In this document: positions 12,616 through 29,390 of the stretch, in pieces
Position numbering within the stretch: the stretch's first letter is position 1
Layout: the number at the start of each line of letters is the position of its first letter
NCBI GenBank assembly: GCA_964016885.1
Contig: OZ024741.1
Span: 345,836,001 to 345,900,000, forward strand
Direction: 5' to 3'
DNA length: 64,000 nt
Source of the DNA: Eledone cirrhosa
Taxonomy: Eukaryota
Notes under the pieces: model-generated
Seen by the model: only the letters and a program-made list of their open reading frames with translations
Told to the model about the DNA's origin: nothing
Database searches by the model: none
Translations under genes and position numbers: made by a program

Positions 12616-13880
12616 CTATACTTTGTGAGGGTCATGTTGCCAATAAGAAACACACGCACCAGTTGCTTTCACGTCAATTTATTATAATAAATTTATAAAT
12701 TTAGGAATTTATAAATCTATAAATTTCTGGTTGGTTGGTTGGTTCCACAACCAGATAGTTGTTTATATATTGTCAAAGTTCTTTCGTCACACATACTGTG
12801 ACCTCTTCTGTGACTGGGGATTCTTTTCTTTGTTTTTGTGCCTCTCCTTTGTTCTGTCCTACGCCATTTTGTTTCTGTGTGTGTGTTGTGTGCTCAGTCT
12901 GCGCATGCGCCACATCCGGGTGTCTGTGTGTGTTTATATTCGTTTATTTATTTGTTTATTTACATGTTACCGGTTGGTTGTTTGTTCTATGTGTGTGTGT
13001 CTTTCATTTTGTCCTTAATTGTAATTTGTGATGTTGCTGTTCCACTCATATTTTCTATTTAATTTTGGTTGTAATTCTTTTATGTTTATTGCCTCTGTGA
13101 TTTGTCTAAACATTGCGTCTTTTCTGTGTGTAGATTCTATTTTTATTTCTATGTTCTCTAATTTACCCTTGTGTTCTATTTTAGCATGTTGGTAGAGTAC
13201 AGATGATTCTTTACTATCTTGAAGGTCTCGCCAGTGTTCATTTATCCGTTCCCCTACACTACGAGCTGTCTCACCTATGTACACTATATTTTTGTCTCTA
13301 TATTGTCCTTCAGTACATCTTATGCTATACACTACATTTCTAGTTTTAAAGTTAATATGGGGGCTTATTTTACAGGTTATACATTTCTTATCTATACAGG
13401 GGGGTCTTTGAAAAGGGTATGTCTTGCTAATAAGTGTTTTTACGGAGGTACCTGGTCTTTCTACTATCTTAATATTGAGTTTATGTTTATCTAGGGCCCT
13501 TCTAAATTTGTAAGCTAATTGACCTCTAGGGGTTGTATCGATGAACATTACACTCTGGTATTTATTGCTATCATACCATGAGTTTATTCTATTAGCCTTA
13601 TTCCTAGTTCTTTCTATTCTATTCCAAAATTTGCTCCTATACAAGTGGCAGGTCCCATTATTTACCATTTTTTCCTATTTGGTTCTGGCTCCTCTATACA
13701 CTCTGATTTTATCTCTCTGATTGTAACCAGAGAACTGCATACGGTGGATGAACTGTTGTATGTGTCTCTCTAGTTCTTCGGGGTTGCACATGCGGGACAC
13801 GTTTCTCATCACCCGTACCAAATCCGCAATCAGTATGTTGATTTTGGTATGGTTCGAAACAGCCGAGTTTCGGTGGATCA
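12611..13880 (-). mobile_element. PLE family 1, 3' portion (GIY-YIG and pLTR)
   Basis: ORF 13015-13668 ends AMFRQITEAINIKELQPKLNRKYEW. Short end abuts (TA)n at 12611. Confidence 0.92.
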
Positions 13881-15638
13881 CAAAACATACAGGTAGTATA
13901 TACTTACCTATGCAAATAAGTAAAGGAATAAACAAAACATATACTTAGCTCCCACATCAAGACGTAAAATATCCACGTATAGATCGTACTATCCGTGGGG
14001 CTTTAATACAGGAACGTTTTGTGCAATTTATGTTTACAAGCCGAAATTGCCTCAGATTTTTTGTTTAAGATGTGGTCTGTGGCGTAGAGTATTTCCAGGG
14101 CCTCAGCGGCGCAGAGTTCACATGGTCTTTTATTTCCGTTATACGATCTAGCCCTACCTAAATCGGACTTCGTAGGATTAATAAGCCGAATAGAGCGGTT
14201 GTTCGGAAAATTGGATTTGTGATCCTTCAGGGTAAATTGAGGAGAAATAGGGTCCAGAGGTTCGGTCCGGTCCAGGATGTTGAGATCAGATGTAATTTTA
14301 AACCCAGCATCGTTGATTTCATTGATGACGCACCGATTAGTTTTACGGTAATCCTTAGTTACAGCATTATTAGTAGTTGATGGTAAGTACTGCGCTCCAC
14401 TTGATATAGGTTGCCAGTTTTGTCGGAATGGACGTGCACGGCGTTAGAATCCTTCCTAGCTAGGGCTAGATCGTATAACGGAAATAAAAGACCATGTGAA
14501 CTCTGCGCCGCTGAGGCCCTGGAAATACTCTACGCCACAGACCACATCTTAAACAAAAAATCTGAGGCAATTTCGGCTTGTAAACATAAATTGCACAAAA
14601 CTTTCCTGTATTACAGCCCCACGTTATACCCTAGCGGATAGTACGATCTATACGTGGATATTTTACGTCTTGATGTGGGAGCTAAGTATATGTTTTGTTT
14701 ATTCCTTTACTTATTTGCATAGGTAAGTATATACTACCTGTATGTTTTGTGAAGGTACGTATACCTTCTCGTACGTATATTTGATTGTTATGGCGTATAA
14801 TTTTATATATTCTGGTACATAGGGTTTGGCTATGTGTATACAGGAGTTTTTGCGTCTGTGTGATTATGTAGGTTCGTACGTATGGTGGGTGTGTGTATAT
14901 GTGTACTTCTTGTTTTAGTTGACTTACGTCTCCGAACATTCGTGTATTTATATGTAGGTATGTGTGTGCGCTTGTTATATACGTATTTATTTATTTATAT
15001 ACGTTTATATAATTATTTATTTATTTGTATACACGCATACACACACACACATATTTATATGTGCGTGGTTTTGTATACCTATGGTAAGGTTTTGCGTATG
15101 CTTGTGTATATACGTTTTTGTTTGCGTGTATGTATTGATTTATTTCTATTACTTCTGTATTGTATTTATTTACTTTGTTCTTAACTCTGTAGCGGAGATT
15201 CATTTGGTCTCCTAGTTAGAATTTTAGTCTACTACTTCTGCTATACCATTTACGTGGATTTGTCTTTGCGTGCTATTGTTCTCCACGCTCCACATATGAC
15301 GTATTATCTTCGTTTTTTCGTTCATTGCCAGAGAACGTCTCTATGCACCACCTAAGAGAACATTAGTCTACGACCTCTTTTATACCATAAACGTGGTTCT
15401 GTCTTTGCGCGTAATTGTTTTTCACCGCTCCTATTAATGACGCATTATTCGTTTTATCCCGTTCTTCGCCAGCGAACGTTTCCACGAACCAAAGTATCAT
15501 CTTCCTGTCTTCCTCCGGTTGCAACGTTTTTTGAAATATCCACTTCTGCGTTTACAGATTAACTTTGTTAGTTTCAGAAGATCCCGTTAAGGGTGAAAGC
15601 AGCGATTCTTTGCTTAAACTTTCATCTGATATTTTAAT
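13878..15638. mobile_element. PLE family N (Naiad-like), rearranged foldback
   Basis: 13878-14158 is an inverted copy of 14461-14752. Endonuclease C-terminus RPCELC...LNKKSEAISACKHK. RT N-terminus on the minus strand (SDKTGNLY, TLKDHK, RLINPTKSDLG). ~140-bp internal tandem repeat at 15225-15490. Confidence 0.85.
15570..15620 (+). ncRNA. Hammerhead-like motif with CAGAAGA core (family N)
   Basis: AGTTT-CAGAAGA-TCCCgttaaGGGT-GAAA-GCA(gcgattctt)TGC-TT-AAACT. Five copies: 15570, ~16145-16193 (-), 16782, ~20717 and ~20900. Confidence 0.6.
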
Positions 15639-15657
15639 ATATATATATATATATATA

Positions 15658-16075
15658 TGTAGGAGGTGAGTTTTATTGTAGTACAATAAAGCAATGCAGA
15701 TATCGAATAGGAAACACTCTATAGTTTGTGGGACTGGAGTATGCATAATATAAGATCAAAAGATGGTTAAAGGAGTTCCATATATTTTATTATGCGCATT
15801 TCAAAAACAAACATCATCATGCAATAATATTTGTGTTTTCATCAGATAAAATAGGAGAACATGATATGAAGGCTAAAAAACACTTGTGGATAGTGCAGTT
15901 TTAAATCAACATATGTTGATTTAAAACTGCACTATCCACAAGTGTTTTTTAGCCTTCATATCATGTTCTCCTATTTTATCTGATGAAAACACAAATATTA
16001 TTGCATGATGATGTTTGTTTTTGAAATGCGCATAATAAAATCTATGGAACTCATTTAACCATCTTTTGATCTTAT
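15658..16075 (-). mobile_element. Near-perfect foldback PLE end with tail
   Basis: ~160-bp arms meet with no spacer at 15912/15913 (AAATCAACAT|ATGTTGATTT). Tail at 15658-15750. TA flanks. Confidence 0.85.
15973..16041 (+). ncRNA. Type I hammerhead ribozyme
   Basis: ATTTTAT-CTGATGA-[long stem II]-GAAA-T(GCGC)A-TA-ATAAAAT: 7-bp stem I and palindromic loop III. Mirrored on the minus strand at ~15785-15852. Confidence 0.8.
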
Positions 16076-16087
16076 ATTATATATATA

Positions 16088-16122
<35 letters not shown>

Positions 16123-16127
<5 letters not shown>

Positions 16128-16942
16128 TAAATAACAGATTCAAGTTTAAGCAAAGAATCGCTGCTTTCACCCTTAACGGTATCTTCTGAAACTAATAAAG
16201 TCAATCTGTAAACTTTATTTGTATACACGCACACACACACACATATCACACACACATATTTATATGTGCGTGGTTCTGTATACTTATGGCGAGTGTTTTC
16301 GCGTATGCTTGTGTATGTACGTATATGGATGCGTGTATGTATTTATTTAATTTCAATTACCTCTGTATTGTATTTTATTTACTTTATTCTTAACTCTGAA
16401 GCGGAGAATCATTCGGTTTCCTAGTTAGAATTTTAGTCTACGACTTTAGCTATACCATTTACGTGGTTTTGTCTTTGCGTGCAATTGTTCTCCACGCTCC
16501 ACATATGACGTATTATCTTCGTTTTTTCCGTTCATTGCCAGAGAACGTCTCTATGAACCACCTAAGAAAACATTAGTCTACGACTTCTTTTATACCATAA
16601 ACGTGGTTCGGTCTTTGCGCGTAATTGTTTTTCACCGCTCCTATTAATGACGTATTATATTCGTTTTTCCCCGTTCTTTGCCAGTGAACGTTTCCACGAA
16701 CCAAAGTATCGTCTTCCTGTCTTCCTCCGGTTGCAACGTTTTTTGAAATATCCACTTCTGCGTTTACAGATTGACTTTGTTAGTTTCAGAAGATCCCGTT
16801 AAGAGTGAAAGCTGCGATTCTTTGCTTAAATTTTAATCTGTTATTTAATAAATATTTTCTCTACGGTTCTTATATATTTTATATATATTTATCCTTATCG
16901 AGCCCTCTTTGGATTTTAGTCTTCAAATTTATTATTATTACT
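16123..16942 (+). mobile_element. PLE family N foldback (pLTR only) with tail
   Basis: Inverted short arm 16123-16213. Long arm matches 15020-15638. Tail 16850-16942. Confidence 0.88.
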
Positions 16943-16974
16943 ATATATATATATATATATATATACACAACGTG

Positions 16975-17860
16975 AAAAAAATATAAATAACAATAACAAA
17001 ATAACAATAAAAATACAAGGAAAATTCCCCAATAGGGGGTTAACCCCGCAGGGTTCACTCAGGTACCCTTCCAATCCTGAGCCACCCGACGCTCCGAAAG
17101 CACCCGGGAAAGCACCCCTCTACTCCTCAAGTGCATGGTCAGAGTAGGCCCACTCACACGGGCCATTCTCGCCACATTCACCCACCTTGCAGCAAATGTG
17201 CTGGGGGAAGCACTTCACTCTCCCCCCTCACCTTCCTTTCCAAGTGTCTGTCTTCAGTCCTCTTTCGCTACTGCCACCAGACAGAGGAACATTTCCTGCT
17301 CTTCCTGGCCAAAAGAAGGCGGCGGGTCGATCTTCACTATGGACTCAGTCGATAGCCAGATCCGTTCTACACGCGACAACAGCTGTTCGACATAACTCCA
17401 CAACTCAGTAATGCACGGACACTGGACGAGTGCGTGCAGAACGGTTTCTCGGGCAGGTCCGTCTGACAGCACTTCCATGCCTGTAGAGTTTATCTCCAAC
17501 CGCAGTGCCCCTCGGTAGCACTGCCAAGCGAGGGAATTTTGAAAGTTATCCATTGTTCCCGGCTAGAAAGTCCTCCGGAACAGACTGGTTATTTCGACTT
17601 CGTCGACGCCCAGCGCCTCTCCGACTGCGTCATCGCATTTGCCCACCACTAATCCTCTATAGAACTTGAGAGTGGAAGTTCCACTGACCGCATTGCCCGC
17701 CTGGTGGAGGGTAGTGAGTGCCTGTCAACATTCCAGATGCCAGTCACCCAGTCTCGGTATCTTCTTGACCCAGAACTGTGGCTCAGTCAAACAGACGAGC
17801 TGCGGAAAGGCCCGTCTGACAAACGGCGACCACACCTGTTCACCGTTTATGCAGAATGTC
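16975..17860 (-). mobile_element. L1/Tx1-like LINE 3' fragment
   Basis: MDNFQNSLAWQCYRGAL...ETVLHALVQCPCITELW, a zf-RVT-like C-terminal region, with frameshifts. Confidence 0.7.
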
Positions 17861-17889
17861 TGGATAACTACTACTACTAATAATAATTA

Positions 17890-18063
17890 TTTCTACTTTT
17901 GGTACAATTATCCAAGTACATTACAGGTACTTTATTTTATCGACCCCCGTAAGGATGAAAGGCAAAGTTAACCTCGACGGGATTTGAACTCAAACCGTAA
18001 AGGGACGTAACCATGCTAGAATGCATGGCGTCCGACCCTCTACCGATACTGCCAATCCACCGC
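17890..18063 (-). mobile_element. SINE family A
   Basis: Reverse complement of the 8420-8600 family. Confidence 0.85.
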
Positions 18064-18095
18064 ACTAGTAATAATGATTAAAAACATTACATACA

Positions 18096-18121
<26 letters not shown>

Positions 18122-18126
<5 letters not shown>

Positions 18127-18995
18127 CATACATAAGTAAATTTGTCACCAATATACATAACGTAGGGCGGTGGATTGGCAATATCTGTGGAGCGTCGGAC
18201 AACATGCATTATGGTATGGAGTTACGGCCCTTTACAATTTGAGTTCAAATCCTGCCGAGGTTAGCTTTGCCTTTCATCCTTACCGGATCGAAAAAATAAA
18301 GTAACAATAATGTACTGGGGTCTATTTAGTCGACTATCCCTCTCCCCAAATTGTTGGCCTTGTGCCTAATCCAGAAACCAATATATATAACATCTCAATG
18401 AAAAAAGAACGCTATAATAATTCAAAGAAGCAACTACATATAGAATATCTTAAACAAGATCACAGACGTGTAGATCCCAGTAATGTAAACTAAAATAAGA
18501 ACACTTTACAAGCATATTTCCCTTACTACAGTTTCCAATATCAAGAAATAGTATTGAACATACCAATAGATTGTGACAATCCATCCTGCCAGAAAATGTT
18601 TTCATCAGAAGAATTCTCTAAGGTATTAGGAAAACTATATAAATCTGTTAAGTGAAAGGAGTTCATTCTAACCGAACTAGTATGGCGTAAAATATTACAC
18701 GCATGCATAGATAGACTAACAAGGTAAATATTAGTATATGTGGACAAAGTGACGAGTCTAAATTGCCACTAGAAATAGGAGCCAATATAAACTGTCTATC
18801 AACACAACATTTAAGGAGTAGCAAATATCATACATAAGTAAATTTGTCACCAATATACATAAACATCTCAATGAAAAAAGATCGATAAAATAAATCTAAT
18901 TCAGAGAAGCAAATGCATATTGAACATCTTACACAAAGTCACTGACGGGTAGTTTTCTTACTTTAGATTAATTTACTGAGATCTACCAGTCAATG
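18122..18995 (-). mobile_element. PLE-like pLTR in partial tandem arrangement, hammerhead at 18519-18613 (-)
   Basis: Direct repeat of 18122-18473 (minus the SINE) at 18824-18952. Minus strand reads TTCTT-CTGATGA...GAAA-C(TGTA)G-TA-AGGGA. Confidence 0.6.
18162..18391 (+). mobile_element. SINE family A with target-site duplication
   Basis: Flanked by ACCAATATACATAAC and ACCAATATATATAAC. The empty site is visible in the repeat copy at 18850-18870. Confidence 0.85.
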
Positions 18996-19009
18996 ATTTT
19001 TTATCAGCT

Positions 19010-19847
<838 letters not shown>

Positions 19848-19865
19848 ATATATATATATATATAC

Positions 19866-20301
19866 TTGTGTAAATATATTTGTTTTGCAAGGTTTTGATA
19901 TGAAATCGTGTGTTGAAACAAATCAGAGAAGCAACTGAAATAGCGCTAAGAAAACCAAAGTTGAACAGAAAAAAGGAATGGAGTAACAACAAGAACCATA
20001 CCCAAACACACAATACTGACCAAAGGGAAATATAAATAAATGAATAAATATATACACAAGTACAATAACAACAAGCACACATAAACAGACACTAGTGAAC
20101 AAAGATAGAATATAAAAACACATAGACTCAAACACGAACGCATACACCAAACAGAAGACACACACGCAAACGCATGCGCAAACAGCGACAGAGACAAGAA
20201 TAAATAAATAAATAAAATAAAAATGGCGTAGACATTACAATACTAGGACACATACTAGTACCACTGATGATGTCACTGATGTGGGACGAAAGAACTTTGA
20301 T

Positions 20302-20373
<72 letters not shown>

Positions 20374-20570
20374 TAATATATATATATATATTTATATCTG
20401 TATTTTTAACCGTTGGTCAATCAATGATAAACATTGATCGCCAGATAAGTTAACGATGGAGATATAAAAGATACAGAAGCGAAAACCAATCCAAACCAAA
20501 CAGTGAGTGTGTTTTATTATTATTTTTGGTAATATTATAACAATATGACCCTCCCCAAATATAACAATAT
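19866..20570 (+). mobile_element. Diverged PLE family 1 relative
   Basis: Inverted tail joined to QIREATEIALRKPKLNRKKEW. Hammerhead core CTGATGA-T-GTC...GAC-GAAAGAACTT at ~20270-20303. Ends GACCCTCCCCAAATATAACAATAT. Confidence 0.75.
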
Positions 20571-20584
20571 ATATATATATAACA

Positions 20585-20632
<48 letters not shown>

Positions 20633-20653
20633 TGTACACGTATATATCGTCTC

Positions 20654-20973
<320 letters not shown>

Positions 20974-21011
20974 TATATATATATATATATATAGATATAT
21001 AGATATATATA

Positions 21012-21586
21012 TCTTCAATTAATTTGTAATTTACTCCCCTATGCTAGAGTATAACATTTGGCTGTATCGGACAGTCTTTTTCTAGCGGACCGCTACCTGA
21101 AACCCACATTCCACTACCCTACTGTTGACCGCTTATGACGTGATATTTCTTCCATTTGAAATTATCACTCGTAGCGGATAACAAGGAAGAATCTTTCTAT
21201 CTTCGATTTTCTTTCTTGACTGAGATAGTCTCCTGATGAGCTGAATTTCTCACAATACTCAGAGTATTGTTATTACTCAACGAAACTACAATAGGGTTAT
21301 TAAAGTAAGTAGGTAAAGATATTATTCTTATCTTGTTTGCTTTTCCCAAATATGATTATATTCCGTTCTGAATAAATTGTTCTCTGTTAATTTTTTCATA
21401 GAGCAAATCTTAGTATCGGTTGGACGTCCTCTGCTTCACCATTTTGTTTGTTTACCCTCGCGTCCCCTTTATTTACGTGTCCCAACGACTTTTTTTAGCC
21501 GTTGCTCGCACCAACCGGAGGTATATGGTCTTTAAAGCGATGAAATGCTTATGATGGTTGGAAGATCACTGATGAAGGACAAACTT

Positions 21587-21590
<4 letters not shown>
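21012..21590 (+). mobile_element. PLE-like pLTR with hammerhead at 21227-21299
   Basis: AGTCTC-CTGATGA-G...CTCAAC-GAAA-CTACAA-TA-GGG, with inner hairpin CAATACTC/GAGTATTG. Homologous to 19636-19847. Confidence 0.65.
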
Positions 21591-24140
<2,550 letters not shown>

Positions 24141-24330
24141 CTACCAACATATATATACAGATGTATACCTATGCAAGCAAATATATAGGTTTTGTCTTAG
24201 TAACTTTGTGGTTCAATGCAAGGGCATGCAGAACAATTATATGAAAAACGTAAAATAAGAAAATTATAGTAATTAGCTTAAATTTAAGTAAGTAAGCTAA
24301 TTACTATAATTTTCTTATTTTACGTTTTTC

Positions 24331-24335
<5 letters not shown>
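24141..24335 (-). mobile_element. Tail plus perfect 43-bp hairpin micro-element
   Basis: 24238-24280 and 24293-24335 are perfect inverted arms, with a ~97-nt left extension and TA flanks. Confidence 0.65.
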
Positions 24336-24366
<31 letters not shown>

Positions 24367-24368
<2 letters not shown>

Positions 24369-25110
24369 GTCCGTCTTCCAAGTTATGTTTTACGTGTAGC
24401 CGGCGGCCTCTGTGTGGTGTGTGTGTGTCTGTGTGTGATACAAGCCGCCCATCCGTCGTCCTTCTTCTTTTTTTTTTTTTCTCCACACGCCACCTACACC
24501 CACAACACGCTTAAACCACACACACACGTGCTTTCCACCACATATTTACACCCTCAGCCTTCTGATTCCTCTCCCCCCACCCCTCTATCCACACACGCAC
24601 ATACACTCCGACCCACAAATCCCCCCACACACACCTCTTCCTGAACATGCAACCCCGTTCTTCCCCCAACCCTTACTTTCACATACACACACACACACCT
24701 ACACACACACACCACCTTCAGCCCTCCCCGCTCGGACACTCCGTCTCCCTCTCCCCACTCCACTCGCCACCACCCCTACACACCCCACACCCTTCCACCA
24801 CCTGTTTACCCCCCTTTTAATTTCATTTTATTTTGATCATGCCTTTATTTTTAAATTTATCTCATTCCTTGTATTTTGATCATGCTTTATTTTTATTTTT
24901 ATCTTTATTTTTTATTTTTTCATTCGCACCGTTTCCTTTCGCTATATGTCTCTCCACCACTCCCCTACACACCCTTTGAACTCCGTTCCCACACACTTCT
25001 CACCTGAGGAAGGGCTTATTCCCGAAACGTCGTCCCCCACCAGAGCGTGAAATTAATAAACATTCGTTGTACTGCCTCTTTGTTTTGTCCCTGTGAATGG
25101 ACAAAACAAT
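24367..25110 (+). mobile_element. Probable PLE 3' UTR with hammerhead-like core at 25004-25034
   Basis: CTGAGGA-A-GGG(cttatt)CCC-GAAA-CGTCG-TC followed by AATAAA. Stem I is not evident. Confidence 0.45.
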
Positions 25111-25211
25111 ATGTGTGTGTGTGTGTGCATACGCACACACACACACACACATATATATATGCATACACACATATATACACATACATATGTACGTATGCAT
25201 TATATCTAATA

Positions 25212-26125
25212 CTAGCAGTATAGCCCGGCGTTGCTCGGGGTCGCTCAGTAGCTGTGTTAAAGTTACAATGTTAAGTTTCTTTTTTGGCTTAAAAACTGTA
25301 GTGTCTACTGTGCAGACTTGCATGTGGTGTTTTTGATTAATATTCCCTCAACCAACAATATGCCTTATGAAGTTAAGAAAACATAACGATAACCCGAATG
25401 TTATAACAAAAGAGGATGCTGGGAATAAAAACTGCACTGGTTATTTATTAACAAAGATCGAAAATGTAAACACTGCAACGCAGAGAAAAACATTAGCGTA
25501 ACCAAATTATCAGTTATGTCTGTCTGCACGCCTATATCACCTCTCTGCACGACTGTCTGTCTGCACGCCTATATCACCTCTCTGTACGACTATCTGTCTG
25601 CACGCCTATATCACCTCTCTGCACGACTATCTGTCTGCACGCGTATATCACCTCTCTGCACGACTGTCTGTCTGCACGACTGTCTGTCTGCACGCCTAAC
25701 GACGAAATATTTGCTTGTTTTACGTAGTCTTTAAATAGACTTGTTTTCAAGTAAAAATATTGTTTTAAAATGCTTTTAAATAGAAATGAAGCAAAACGGA
25801 AGCTTAGTGTTCGAACTGATGAATTTTGCAGGTCAATATTTTGCTGGCTCGACAACTGTTAAAGCCAGCGTAATTTTTTACGTAAGACGCTCAATGTAAA
25901 CAGAACAAAGGGAAATAACTGATAACTTACGCTCAAAAATCGATACATTATATTCGATTTCGTCACATAGGGTGGGTCAATTTGAAATTTTTTTTTTCCG
26001 ATGTCTTCGCTAGGGCTCAATGTACAAGTATAGCAATTTCGGTGCAATTCCGTGAGAGATTCTAAGAGGAGATGTGTGCCAAAAATCGATAGACAGACAG
26101 ACAACCACAGTTTTATATATATAGA
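25212..26125 (-). mobile_element. Complete non-autonomous Helitron
   Basis: Minus strand A|TCTATATATATAAAA ... CCCGAGCAACGCCGGG hairpin ... CTAG|T (AT target). Internal ~33-37-bp minisatellite at 25517-25695. Confidence 0.85.
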
Positions 26126-26127
26126 TT

Positions 26128-26319
26128 AATAATTGTTTCTACGTTAGGCACAAGGCCAGCAAATACCCAGTGTATTACTGGTACTTTATTTTATCGACCC
26201 CGTACGGATGAAAGGCAAAGTTAACCTCAGCGGGATTTGAACTCAGAATGGCAAGGGCCGTAACTCTATGCGCCAAAGCATAGCATCCGACACTCTACCA
26301 ATACTGCCAATCCACCGCC
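26128..26319 (-). mobile_element. SINE family A
   Basis: Reverse complement of the family A consensus. Confidence 0.85.
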
Positions 26320-26706
26320 TATTAATATCTAATATTAATAATAATATTCGATTCGTTTGTAAACAAACGGCCTGATTTAAGCTGTGCCGTACCGATGACA
26401 AATCGTCATCTGTTTGTTCAAGGCTGGCATTGAGGAACAAACAACATGTTTCTGGGTCATTACCCTTCATCAGGACTGTATACCTTTGCCAATCTGTTGA
26501 ACGTTTGAAAATATTTAGTATTTTCGTAAGTACACATGGGCTGAGTAGGCTTATTTGCATACCGAACGAGTTACGGCTGGCCTTGCCGAAAACTAAAAAT
26601 AAAAGTATGTGTGTACGCATGAATATTTACATTACACACACACACACACACATATATACACATACCCCACCCCCACATATATATAAACAGATAAGCAATA
26701 CAATAT

Positions 26707-26990
26707 GATTTATTTCTAACATTTACATATTTCATTGCCGTGTATGAGATTTTTTCTCTTGAAATCGCTATTCTCGATAGATTATTAAGAATACTGATTT
26801 TAAGACAAAAATAAAACAACTCATACACGGCAATGAAACATATGTAAATGCTAGAAATAAATCCTACTGAGAATTTGAGAAAGCCAGTAAAATGCGGTAG
26901 GCATTGGGTTGTGAAGTATGAAATTTGTAGAAATTTGTAGGAAAAGAACAAATTTCTACAAATTTCAGACTTGACGACTCAGTACGATAA
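26707..26990. repeat. Two adjacent hairpins, the second with a homologue at 63750-63835
   Basis: Arms ~26707-26765 and 26800-26862. GAAATTTGTAG...TTTCTACAAATTTCA.ACTTGACG occurs at both 26930 and 63773. Confidence 0.6.
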
Positions 26991-27179
26991 AGTGCAAAGT
27001 GTGACAAATAAAACAAAGCGAAGTAATGTATTTTATCTAGTAATTTCAACAGAATATTTCAAGATTAGGACCCTCTTTTCAAACGCAAAATATAACACAT
27101 GCAAATCAATAAGGATGCATTCTTTCTCATCCGAGATTGTGGATTCTGCATAAGGGAAGCAGACATAGAAGCCACTCGG

Positions 27180-27500
27180 CTCCTTGTAGTTTTACTCTAT
27201 TACTTATTTTAGCTTCTGTGTGTTGATAATTAAAGCCTCTTTAATTCTTAAATTCCCCACACTCCATGTCATTGCTTTTATGTTGACCGTAATGTCTCCG
27301 TTGCGGTATTTGTCAAGATGAAGCTCTCGTTGTCATGTGTAACTTAATCTGTATGTATAACAATCAGACGGTGCTTCCGATATATGAGGTGCCATATCGT
27401 CTACATGTGAACCTGTACCAACATAAGCTCTCATGCACACTTCTCAATATATCTCTGAATGCAGCTGAAACAATCTGGACCTTCCACGAGGAGACTACTC
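27180..27500 (-). mobile_element. Degenerate PLE GIY-YIG fragment related to family 2
   Basis: Minus strand HLDKYRNGDITVNIKAMTWSVGNLRIKEALIINTQKLKISNR resembles HIDKCGN...VGTLRIKEGLLIKRLQPQLNNR at 7150-7280. Confidence 0.6.
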
Positions 27501-27545
27501 AGCAAAGACCAAGCTGCAAATTTTTACAATGCTTCATATTAAATA

Positions 27546-27614
<69 letters not shown>

Positions 27615-27745
27615 AACTACTACTACTACTACTACTACAAAACACACACACACACACACACATACACACACACACATATATATATATGTTCACAGTGAGA
27701 AAGAGAGTCAGAGGGAGTAAAAAAAGGATGAATGTGGATAATTTG

Positions 27746-27826
<81 letters not shown>

Positions 27827-28071
27827 TTATTATACATATATATGTATATTTATATATATATTATATATATAAGAATGAAATAATATGAATAGAGTCACGT
27901 AAAATATTTCTATATTCATGAAGCCAATAATAATAACACACACACATCTCACAAACACATAGACACACAGACACACAAACACACACACACACACGCACGC
28001 ACAGACACACACACACACATACACACACATACACACACATATATATTATATATATATATATATAATATATA

Positions 28072-28104
<33 letters not shown>

Positions 28105-28116
28105 TAATATATATAA

Positions 28117-28150
<34 letters not shown>

Positions 28151-28162
28151 TAAGTGTATATA

Positions 28163-28198
<36 letters not shown>

Positions 28199-28199
28199 G

Positions 28200-28252
<53 letters not shown>

Positions 28253-28253
28253 G

Positions 28254-28360
<107 letters not shown>

Positions 28361-28361
28361 C

Positions 28362-28500
<139 letters not shown>

Positions 28501-29021
28501 TATATACAAACATTGAAAAGAGAGCAATCACTCAATAGTCCTGAATCGTTTTTAGATAAATGCGCCATGTATATTTTTTACTTCGCTACCAACGCCATAT
28601 TGTCTAGATAGTCTCAAAATAAATATGTTAAAGTAACTATTAATGATTGCTCGATTCTGTTTATCTTCTTCCTAAATTTTTCAAATTTTCTTATTCCTTT
28701 GTTTCGTTTATCTTTCTATCTGTTGTTTTTTTTCTGTTCTTTCATTGTAACGTTATGTTATCGTTACTATATTATCGTGATTTGTTTCATCTTCGATATA
28801 TTTGTATTAATATTACGTGTAAACTAAACGCACACAAACACACACACATATATATGTACATATATATATATATAATGTATATATATAAACATACTTATAT
28901 GTGTGTGTGTCTGTTTGAGTGCGAGTGTGTGTGTACGTCTCTCTATATATCATATACACACATACAATATATATTAATGTATATATATGAAATATAACCA
29001 TAAATAGTATAATTAATACTA

Positions 29022-29072
<51 letters not shown>

Positions 29073-29094
29073 ACATATATATATATACACACAC

Positions 29095-29131
<37 letters not shown>

Positions 29132-29136
29132 AAAAA

Positions 29137-29168
<32 letters not shown>

Positions 29169-29182
29169 CATATATATATATT

Positions 29183-29215
<33 letters not shown>

Positions 29216-29266
29216 GTCTATATATGCATGCATATATATATATATATATGCATACGTATACATATG

Positions 29267-29340
<74 letters not shown>

Positions 29341-29341
29341 T

Positions 29342-29390
<49 letters not shown>

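Noticed and set aside
25517-25695. CRISPR-like array of ~35-bp repeats
   Set aside because: Tandem units without unique spacers, inside a Helitron in eukaryotic DNA.
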